From an uncultured Phycisphaerales bacterium (GTDB taxonomy: Bacteria > Planctomycetota > Phycisphaerae > Phycisphaerales > SM1A02), in contig CALKEP010000048.1 in the NCBI GenBank assembly GCA_938084645.1, positions 1-31,429 on the forward strand: a DNA stretch of 31,429 nucleotides, given 5' to 3'. Made by a program: the position numbers and the translations under genes. Below, one piece after another: positions 9,870-17,119 of this stretch. The notes beneath the pieces were generated by a model. That model saw only the letters and a program-made list of their open reading frames with translations. It searched no databases and had not been told where the DNA came from. Numbering within the stretch: the stretch's first letter is position 1; the number at the start of each line of letters is the position of its first letter.

Positions 9870-10349
9870 ATGACCGACGAAGCGAGATTCATGGAACGAG
9901 CGATCCAGCTCGCCCGGCACAACGCCCTCGAAGCGAAGGCGGGCGGGCCGTTCGGCTGCGTGATCGTCCGGGCGGGCGAGATCATCGCGGAAGGCGCGAA
10001 CCAGGTCCTCGAAGAGGGTGATCCCACCGCCCACGCCGAGATGGTGGCGATCCGGGCCGCGGCCCGCAGCCTGGGGACCCACGTGCTCGAGGACTGCGTG
10101 GTCTACACCACCGGCGAGCCCTGCCCGATGTGCTACGCCGCCTGCTGGTGGGCCCGCGTCAAGGCGATCCGCTACGCGTCGAACCATGACGACGCGCTCG
10201 AGTACGGCGGCTTCGACGACCGCCACATCAACGATGCACTGGCCCTTCCCGGAGATGCGCGTCCGCTCCCCTCGACGGAGTTCGGCCGTGCCGGAATGCT
10301 CGAGGTCTGGCGGGCCTATCAGGCGATGCCCGATCGAACGCACTACTGA
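9870..10349 (+). CDS. guaD: Guanine deaminase (cytidine-deaminase-fold nucleoside deaminase)
   Basis: GGPFG, DPTAHAE, EPCPMC, WAR, GFDD and a C-terminal Tyr, as in Bacillus-type GuaD. Confidence 0.82.
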   Translation: MTDEARFMERAIQLARHNALEAKAGGPFGCVIVRAGEIIAEGANQVLEEGDPTAHAEMVAIRAAARSLGTHVLEDCVVYTTGEPCPMCYAACWWARVKAIRYASNHDDALEYGGFDDRHINDALALPGDARPLPSTEFGRAGMLEVWRAYQAMPDRTHY

Positions 10350-10353
10350 TCGA

Positions 10354-11025
10354 ATGAGCGACACCGAGACAAGTCGATCACCGACAGGCCCGCGCCGCTG
10401 GCTGGAGTTCATCGGGTTCTTCTGGATCGTCCCCGTGCTCGTCGCGGTGACGCCCTCGAACGTTCTTCCACCGATTCCCGTGCTCTGGGCGGCGGCGATC
10501 GCGTGCCTGATCCTCCTGAGGCGGGATCCGAGCCTCGACCGTCGGACGCTCTGGGGCGTCGCCGGCATAAGACCGGGTCTCGCCGGCGTGCTGGGACGGT
10601 TCCTTCTCTTCGCCCCCCTGCTCGCGGGATTCGCCTGGCTGATGGAACCGGAGTGGTTCCTGCGGCTTCCGCGCGAACGTACCGGCATGTGGGCGGTGAT
10701 CCTCGTCCTCTACCCCGTCTTCTCGGTGGTGCCCCAGGGCATCGTGTTTCGAACCTTCGTCTGCCATCGCTATCGCCCCCTCTTCGGAGACGGCGTCCCC
10801 ATGTGGTTGATCGCCGGCGCCACCTTCGGATTCGCCCACGTCGTCATGCATCGGTGGGAACCGGTGCTGATCACCGTGATCGGCGGCATCATCTTCACGG
10901 CGACGTTGCTTCGAAGACGAAGCGGGCTCCTCGCGGACATCGAGCACGCCCTGTACGGCGATCTCGCGTTCACGCTGGGACTCGGCGTCTGGATCTACAC
11001 CGGGGCCGCCCGCCAGGGGCTCTGA
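10354..11025 (+). CDS. CPBP (Abi/CAAX-like) family intramembrane protein, motif 1 degenerate
   Basis: Start re-called to ATG 10354. Multiple hydrophobic helices; YPVFSVVPQGIVFR, FGFAH and EHALYG motifs. Confidence 0.72.
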   Translation: MSDTETSRSPTGPRRWLEFIGFFWIVPVLVAVTPSNVLPPIPVLWAAAIACLILLRRDPSLDRRTLWGVAGIRPGLAGVLGRFLLFAPLLAGFAWLMEPEWFLRLPRERTGMWAVILVLYPVFSVVPQGIVFRTFVCHRYRPLFGDGVPMWLIAGATFGFAHVVMHRWEPVLITVIGGIIFTATLLRRRSGLLADIEHALYGDLAFTLGLGVWIYTGAARQGL

Positions 11026-11028
11026 CCG

Positions 11029-12045
11029 TCACCCACCGGCGGGCCGGCGGATCGCGACGAGCCGCTGCGGCTGGGACACCCGGAAGCACCCACAACGCGG
11101 ATCGTCCGGATCGGTGACCACGCCGAAACGGACCCGGTCCGGATCATGCGCGAGCACCCCCAGCAACGCCGACGCCTTCGACTCGTCCATCGGCCCGTCG
11201 CCCTCTTCGCCCAGGTAGGAGAGCCCGCTGATCAGCCCGATCGCCGAGAGACCTTCGAGCGTCGGAGCGAACGCCGCACTGTCGATCGACTGGAGGGTGA
11301 CCTCGGGCGTCGGCATCCCGGCCGACTCGAGGAGATCGGTGAGGGTTCCCGGCCCCGTCTCGGCGGAAAGCATCCGATCGCGGGCGCGAAGTCCGTCGAG
11401 GAACGCCTCCGCCTCGTCGTCGCGCCCCGTCCGGCGAAGATGATGCTCGATCGCGGCACCGGTGAGACCATGCAATTCGTCGGCGTAGACGATGAGCACC
11501 ACCCCGTCGGGCCGGAGTCTTCGATAGAGCGACTTCAGGAGACGGGGAAGGTCGAGGAAGTAGATTCCGTGCACGCAGAGCGCGAGATCGAAGCCCGCTT
11601 CGGCCGCATCCTCCCAGACGGGATTCCCGTCCAGCGCATCGGCGTCGATGGCAAGCGGGATCTCCGCCAGTTCGAGATTCGGCGCGTCGTCGATCGCGAG
11701 CACGTAGTCGGCGATCGCCTCGCCGGAAGGCTCGACCAGCGTGAACCGGGCTCGAACGTCGTCGTCGATCGCGGGCAGCACCGTCGATCCGTCGCCGGCG
11801 GCGATGTCGGCCACCATCCCGTCCATCGGCAGGTTCCGAAACCAATGACGCAGCGCCGGCCGGATGGTGTCCCGTTGGTTGGTTCCCATGAAGGTGGGGA
11901 CCCGTCCGACCGCATCGGTCGTCAGGAAATGCCCGTAGAACGCGAGGTCGTACGCGTCCTGCGGGGAGAGTCCACGGAACGCGAGATGCGCCAGCCGCAC
12001 GGCGTGGGCGATTCGATCGGGGTGCAGCGGATCTTCGACGACCAT
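11029..12045 (-). CDS. Class I SAM-dependent methyltransferase, substrate unknown
   Basis: Motif I DIAAGDG, post-I LVEPS and motif II FDLALCVHGIYF. GGAG SD upstream. Confidence 0.72.
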   Translation of the reverse strand: MVVEDPLHPDRIAHAVRLAHLAFRGLSPQDAYDLAFYGHFLTTDAVGRVPTFMGTNQRDTIRPALRHWFRNLPMDGMVADIAAGDGSTVLPAIDDDVRARFTLVEPSGEAIADYVLAIDDAPNLELAEIPLAIDADALDGNPVWEDAAEAGFDLALCVHGIYFLDLPRLLKSLYRRLRPDGVVLIVYADELHGLTGAAIEHHLRRTGRDDEAEAFLDGLRARDRMLSAETGPGTLTDLLESAGMPTPEVTLQSIDSAAFAPTLEGLSAIGLISGLSYLGEEGDGPMDESKASALLGVLAHDPDRVRFGVVTDPDDPRCGCFRVSQPQRLVAIRRPAGG

Positions 12046-12095
12046 GCTGGATCTCCGGGGCCCGAGAAGCGGGGTTCGACGAAAGCGTCCCGGCC

Positions 12096-12101
12096 AGCAT
12101 A
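12096..12101 (-). promoter_or_regulatory. Putative -10 element (TATGCT) for the methyltransferase
   Basis: TANNNT about 50 nt upstream of ATG 12045 in a short intergenic region. Confidence 0.35.
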
Positions 12102-12131
12102 CGACGCCGCGTGGAACATCCGCGGCGTCGA

Positions 12132-13526
12132 TCAGGCGAACGACTCGCGCAGAACGACGTCCGGGGCCTTCCGCATCATCTTGATCAGTCCTCGAACCGC
12201 CGCGCCTCGCCCCCGTGCCAGCTCCACCAGCGACTCGCGGAACGCCTCGACGATCCAGTCGACGTCCTCCTCCGAAATCACCAGCGGTGGAACGAGCTTG
12301 ATCACGCCGCTTCCCTTGCTCGTCGACTGGGTGAGCAGTCGATGCCGCTGCAGGAGTCGCATCACGAGGGCCTGGGCGACCAGGGTCGAGGTCCGATTCG
12401 CGAGCCCCGGCATGTCGATCGCCAACGCGGGCGGATCGAGTTCGACGCCGATCATGAGACCACGGCCGCGAACGGCACGGATCCCCGGCACCGTCGGCGC
12501 GAGGCCGCGGAGTCCGGCGACCAGGGCTGCGCCCATCCGCGCGGAACGCTCGACGATCCGCTCCTCGCGCAACACGTGGAGCACCGCCAGACCGTTGGTC
12601 ATCGCCAGGGGGTTTTCACGGAAGGTGGAACTGTGGACCACCGAACGTTCCACCGAATCGAACACCCGATCGAAGATCGCGGCCGGGCCGAGGACCGCGC
12701 CGAGGGGGATCGCACCGGCGGAGAGCCCCTTCGACACGCAGACCAGGTCGGGCTCGACGCCGTCGGTCCGGGATGCGAGGGTCGCACCCGCGCGGCCGAG
12801 GCCCGTCTGAACCTCGTCGGCGACCAGCAACGTTCCCGTCTCCCGGCAGATCTCGGCGACCTCCCGAAGGACTCCGGGCGGATGCGCGATCACGCCCTTG
12901 CCCTGGATCGGCTCGAAGAAGAACGCCGCGACGGACTCGTCGGCGAGTGCCGCACGAAGGGCCGTCGTGTCGCCGAAGGGGACCTCGCGACAACCGGGCA
13001 CCAGCGGCTCGAAGCCTCGTCGAAGCCACTCGGCCCCGTTCAGCGACAATGCGCCGAGGGTGAGACCGTGGAACGCGTTCGACCAGTGGGCGAAGCCGGG
13101 TCGACCGGTCGCGGCCCGGGCGATCTTCATGGCCGCCTCGACGCTCTCGGCCCCGCTGTTCACGAAGAAGACGCGGTCGTTCGGACGATCGAGGAAACGC
13201 TTCAGGGCATCGGCGAGCGCCACCGCGAGCGGGGGCGTTTCGAACTGGATGAGCGTGGGCGGGGCGATCCGGAGCGCCTGCTCCAACGCATCCCGGAGCA
13301 CGGGGTGGTCGCGGCCGAGCGACAGGCAGGCGAATCCTCCGATCGCGTCGAGATACCGCTCGCCCTTCTCGTCCCAGAGATACGGGCCCTCTCCGCGGAC
13401 GAAACGCCGATCGAACCCGACCAGTCGCAGCAGATCGTGGAATCGGGGATTCAGGTGCGCAGCATATTCACGACCCGCATCGGGCCCGTACGCATCGAGA
13501 ATCGACTGAAGGTCGAAGGTCGCCAT
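12132..13526 (-). CDS. Class III PLP aminotransferase, HpnO-like
   Basis: NSGAESVEAAMKIAR, AFHGLTLGALSLNG, EPIQGKG, ADEVQTGLGR and the PLP lysine in VSKGLS. N-terminal HLN..F...L...GFD..F.RGEG.YL.D and RSVVHSSTF segments resemble HpnO as recalled. Confidence 0.85.
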   Translation of the reverse strand: MATFDLQSILDAYGPDAGREYAAHLNPRFHDLLRLVGFDRRFVRGEGPYLWDEKGERYLDAIGGFACLSLGRDHPVLRDALEQALRIAPPTLIQFETPPLAVALADALKRFLDRPNDRVFFVNSGAESVEAAMKIARAATGRPGFAHWSNAFHGLTLGALSLNGAEWLRRGFEPLVPGCREVPFGDTTALRAALADESVAAFFFEPIQGKGVIAHPPGVLREVAEICRETGTLLVADEVQTGLGRAGATLASRTDGVEPDLVCVSKGLSAGAIPLGAVLGPAAIFDRVFDSVERSVVHSSTFRENPLAMTNGLAVLHVLREERIVERSARMGAALVAGLRGLAPTVPGIRAVRGRGLMIGVELDPPALAIDMPGLANRTSTLVAQALVMRLLQRHRLLTQSTSKGSGVIKLVPPLVISEEDVDWIVEAFRESLVELARGRGAAVRGLIKMMRKAPDVVLRESFA

Positions 13527-13559
13527 GGAAGATCATCGCTCGGCCCGGTCGAAGACGTC

Positions 13560-13578
13560 CGGGGCGACGTTCGCCCCG
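13560..13578. other. GC-rich intergenic hairpin (CGGGGCGA-cgt-TCGCCCCG)
   Basis: Perfect 8-bp inverted repeat between two co-oriented genes. No U-tract on the transcribed (minus) strand. Confidence 0.4.
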
Positions 13579-13598
13579 TTGCGACCCCGCGAGCCCGA

Positions 13599-14384
13599 TC
13601 AGCCGCCGGCTGCCTGCGTCGCCGACTTCATCACCCCGGCTTGATCGGTGTCGTTGTTGTAGAAGATGAAGGCGGAGATGTCCCGACTGTCGGTGAAGGC
13701 GACGGCGCCGACTCCCTTCGCGAGGAAGACGTACTTCCAGGCCGACACCGACGCCGGCCCGATGCTTCCGTCGTACTTGATCCGGATGAGCCGCGTCTCG
13801 TAGGTCCCCTTCGGCACCCGCACCTTCCACGCCCCGAGATCCTTCCAGGTGCACTTCACCGTGCCCGAGTAGCTGGTTTCGTCGGGGGAGCTGATGTCGC
13901 AGATCCGGATCTTGACGCGCTCGCTCACTTCGCCGCCGGACTTGCCCGAGACCTGCACGATGGGTTCGGGCGGATCGAGTCGGATGATGAACGAATTGGG
14001 CTTCGAGACATCGGTGGCGGCCACGATCCCCCGGTCCTTCGTCGCATTGAGATACCGCGTGGTCCCGGTCGGCAGTTCCATCGCCCATCCCTTGCTCGAC
14101 TCCCCGTCCTTCGCTCCCGGCGCCCGCTCGAGCCGCGTCAAGACGTGCTTGAGCGTCTTCGACTCGTCCCGCGGCTTTTCGTACACGTACACCGTCGATT
14201 CAAGCGGCATCCACTCCTCCGCGTTCTCGATCGGCATGGCCTTGCCGGGCCCGAGCACGACGTCCGGAAGATGCTTCCGGATGCGCGCCGCATCCTCGGA
14301 CGGCAGGGTCTTCAGTGGGTCGTCGAGACCGGTTCCGGCCGTGGACAGGATCGACGCGAGCACGATTCCGATGAAGGTCGTCAT
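13599..14384 (-). CDS. Secreted hypothetical protein, beta-rich
   Basis: N-terminal hydrophobic signal peptide; balanced, Lys-rich composition unlike the shadow ORFs; VRVPKGTY...FLAKGVG motif. Confidence 0.8.
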   Translation of the reverse strand: MTTFIGIVLASILSTAGTGLDDPLKTLPSEDAARIRKHLPDVVLGPGKAMPIENAEEWMPLESTVYVYEKPRDESKTLKHVLTRLERAPGAKDGESSKGWAMELPTGTTRYLNATKDRGIVAATDVSKPNSFIIRLDPPEPIVQVSGKSGGEVSERVKIRICDISSPDETSYSGTVKCTWKDLGAWKVRVPKGTYETRLIRIKYDGSIGPASVSAWKYVFLAKGVGAVAFTDSRDISAFIFYNNDTDQAGVMKSATQAAGG

Positions 14385-14390
14385 GCGTCC

Positions 14391-14396
14391 ATCCTA
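14391..14396 (-). promoter_or_regulatory. Putative -10 element (TAGGAT), leaderless spacing to ATG 14384
   Basis: TANNNT 6 nt upstream of the ATG. Confidence 0.45.
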
Positions 14397-14445
14397 CCGG
14401 GATGGGATCCAAAACCGAAACACCCGCCCGGCCGGCCGGAAGACG

Positions 14446-14451
14446 TAAGAT
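14446..14451 (+). promoter_or_regulatory. Putative -10 element (TAAGAT) for GT2 gene
   Basis: TANNNT in the divergent intergenic region upstream of ATG 14509. Confidence 0.4.
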
Positions 14452-14508
14452 CACGGGTTTCTCCGGGCCCCGACCCGCTTCCGGACCTCGCCGACGGGAT
14501 TCTCGATC

Positions 14509-15630
14509 ATGCCGGATCGCGCCACGACGACCAGTCCCCCGAACGATGAAGCGGGCGTGCCGCGGATCGCGGTCCTGGTTCCCACCTACGACAACCGAGA
14601 CACCCTCGAGTCGGTGCTCCGCGCCGCCGCGAGCCACGGTCTTCCGCTGGTGGTGATCGACGACGCGAGCACCGACGGCTGCGATGCGATCATCGCCGCC
14701 CTCGAACGGGAGGGTGTGGTGGATCGGTCGTTTCGGGTGCCACGGAATCTCGGCAAGGCCGGGGCGCTTCGCGCCGGCTTCGAACTCATGCGGCGAAGCG
14801 GATTCACGCACGCGATCACCTGCGACTCGGACGCGCAACACGACACGGATCTCATCCCGGCCTTCACCGAGGCGACGCGGCGAACACCGGAGGCCTACCT
14901 GCTCGGATGCCGCTTCCCTCTCCACCCCGATCAACCGCGACGCAACCTGATCGGACGCACCTTGAGCAACGTCGCGATCCGCGCCCACTCCGGACTGGCG
15001 ATCGGTGATTCGCCGTGCGGTTTTCGATGCTGGCCCCTGGCGCTCCCCGCCTCGATCCGGGGAATCTCGGGGCGCTACGCCTGGGAGGAGGAGATGATCA
15101 CCCGCGCCGCGTGGGCGGGATGGCCGATCCGTTCGATCGACGTCCCCGCGATCTACCATCCTCGTGACACCCGGGTGAGCCACTACCGGTTCCGTCGTGA
15201 CTGGTCGGAGGGAATCGGGATCTACCTGCTGCTGCTCGGGGAGGCGCTGCTCCCGCGCATCCACCGCGGCGGTCCGGATCGTCGACCCTTCCGAACCGCG
15301 TTCCTTCGACGATTCGATCGACTGCTCTCCCCCGGCCCGCTCCGGGGCCGTCGACCGGAAGCCGCGACCAACCGCTGGTTCCAGGTCGTCGCGATCCTGC
15401 TCGCGGTCCTCGTCGCGATGATCGCACCCGCCTCGTCCGCGACGCTCGCGGTCGTCGCGTGGGTCGGCTGGCGATGGCACGCGGGGTTCACCGCGATGAC
15501 CATCGCGGCGATTCCGGCCCTGCACGCGACCGGCACGCCGCGATCGATTCTCGAGTGGATCGTCGTCGCGGCGTTCGCTTCGCTGCTTTCGGGATTCCTG
15601 CGACCGGGCCTTCGGGCGACCGCGGCCTGA
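14509..15630 (+). CDS. Family 2 glycosyltransferase with C-terminal membrane domain (aryl-polyene/flexirubin-cluster type)
   Basis: VLVPTYDN, VIDDASTDG, NLGKAGAL, DxD in TCDSDAQH, DSPCGFR, RAAWAG and SHYR..RD; hydrophobic C-terminus. Confidence 0.88.
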   Translation: MPDRATTTSPPNDEAGVPRIAVLVPTYDNRDTLESVLRAAASHGLPLVVIDDASTDGCDAIIAALEREGVVDRSFRVPRNLGKAGALRAGFELMRRSGFTHAITCDSDAQHDTDLIPAFTEATRRTPEAYLLGCRFPLHPDQPRRNLIGRTLSNVAIRAHSGLAIGDSPCGFRCWPLALPASIRGISGRYAWEEEMITRAAWAGWPIRSIDVPAIYHPRDTRVSHYRFRRDWSEGIGIYLLLLGEALLPRIHRGGPDRRPFRTAFLRRFDRLLSPGPLRGRRPEAATNRWFQVVAILLAVLVAMIAPASSATLAVVAWVGWRWHAGFTAMTIAAIPALHATGTPRSILEWIVVAAFASLLSGFLRPGLRATAA

Positions 15631-15637
15631 GTCCCGC

Positions 15638-17119
15638 TCAGCCGTCGACCTCGGTCACCATCTCCATCAGGCGACCGCGCAGCAGCTTGCCGGTGAGGGT
15701 CCGCGGCAGTTCGTCGAGGAAGTCGCACGTCCGCGGCCGCTGATGCGGCGCAAGTTCGCGCTTCGCGATTCCAGAAAGGTCGTTGAGGATCGTGGCCCGC
15801 GTGGCGGGATCGTCCGCGCCTTCGGCGACCACCACGACGCGGACCCTGGTCACGGTCTCGGTGAGCGGAAGCGGAACCACCGCGACCTCGCGGATCGACG
15901 GATGCTCCATCAGGACCGACTCGACCTCGGTGGGATTGACCTTCAATCCGCCGACGTCGAACTGGATCTTCGCCCGACCGGTGATCTCCACTCGCCCGTC
16001 CTCATCCACCGTCCCGAGGTCACCGGTCCTGAAATGCCCGTCGATCCGTCGACCGGGCTCGAGGATCGCGTCCCGCGTGTCCTGGTAACCGGCGAACATG
16101 GCGTCGCTGCGCACCACGAGCTCGCCCGACCCGGTGTTCGTCGCCACGGGGATCTCCCCCGCATCCTCGTCCACCACGGACGCGACCCGCACCGAGACCC
16201 CCGGCACCATGCGATCGTCCCCGCCGACGCCGAAGGTGATCGTCCCCAGTTCGGTCGCGCCGTAGAGATTGCCCGTCGGACAGTCCCACGCGGCCTCGAA
16301 GCCTTCGCGCACCGACGTCGGCAGCGAACTGCCCGCGGAATATGCCAATCGCAACGCGGAACCGGGACGTCCGACCCGCGATGCCGCCTCCAGCGTCACC
16401 GGAACGCCGGGAAACACGGTCACGCCGTTCCCGAGCGCCTCGACGCCGGGGCCGAGATCGAACCCGGCCTGATGTCGAACCGACGCACCGGCCCGCATCG
16501 GCGCGAACACCCCGTGCTCGATCCCGTAGGCGTGCTGCATCGGAAGGGTCGCGAGAATCTCGTCCTCGTGATGGAGTTCCAGGATGTCGACCAGGGTCTT
16601 CGAGACGCGATCGAGTGCGGCCGCGGTTCGGAGCGCCACCGCCGGCCGCCCGGTCGTCCCGGAGCTCCGCAGCAGGAGCGATGCGGTTCCGCCTCGCCCG
16701 AGCCGGTCGATGCCCGCGGTGTCGAGCCCGATCGATGCGGGCTCGACGAGAAGGTGCGCGTCCTCGGGCGCGTCGTCCCACGACGTCCGCGGATCCGTCT
16801 CGATCACCACGTCGACTCGATGTGCCGCATGGAGTTTCGCCCGATCCCGAGCCGACGTCTCGACGCCCACCGGGAGCAGTCGTCGCCCGGTGCCGAAGGT
16901 CGCCAGGAGCCCCGACCAGTACGCGGCACCACCGGGCCCGTGCAGCATGACGACCGCGTCCTCCGGCGCGACGTCATCGAGACGTCGCGCCAACGCGACG
17001 GCATCTCGAAGAATCGAGCTTCGGGTCGCGGTTCGCCCCGACGCGATGTCCAGGATCGCGGGACGATCCGGTCCACGGTCGACCGATGCGATGAAGTCCG
17101 CGATCAGCTCGGCTGCCAC
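15638..17119 (-). CDS. Adenylate-forming (AMP-binding) acyl/aryl-CoA or ACP ligase
   Basis: SSGTTGRP, YGATELG, FRTGDLG, GGLKVNPTEVE and LPRTLTGK. Start re-called to GTG 17119 (16-nt overlap with upstream gene). Confidence 0.9.
   Translation of the reverse strand: MAAELIADFIASVDRGPDRPAILDIASGRTATRSSILRDAVALARRLDDVAPEDAVVMLHGPGGAAYWSGLLATFGTGRRLLPVGVETSARDRAKLHAAHRVDVVIETDPRTSWDDAPEDAHLLVEPASIGLDTAGIDRLGRGGTASLLLRSSGTTGRPAVALRTAAALDRVSKTLVDILELHHEDEILATLPMQHAYGIEHGVFAPMRAGASVRHQAGFDLGPGVEALGNGVTVFPGVPVTLEAASRVGRPGSALRLAYSAGSSLPTSVREGFEAAWDCPTGNLYGATELGTITFGVGGDDRMVPGVSVRVASVVDEDAGEIPVATNTGSGELVVRSDAMFAGYQDTRDAILEPGRRIDGHFRTGDLGTVDEDGRVEITGRAKIQFDVGGLKVNPTEVESVLMEHPSIREVAVVPLPLTETVTRVRVVVVAEGADDPATRATILNDLSGIAKRELAPHQRPRTCDFLDELPRTLTGKLLRGRLMEMVTEVDG

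Noticed and set aside
13560..13578. Hairpin as an intrinsic terminator
   Set aside because: No U-tract on the transcribed strand. Kept only as an unassigned hairpin.
14389..14405. CCATCC-N5-GGATGG inverted repeat over a putative -10 element
   Set aside because: Only 6-bp arms, one copy and no regulator gene in the window. It cannot be distinguished from chance.
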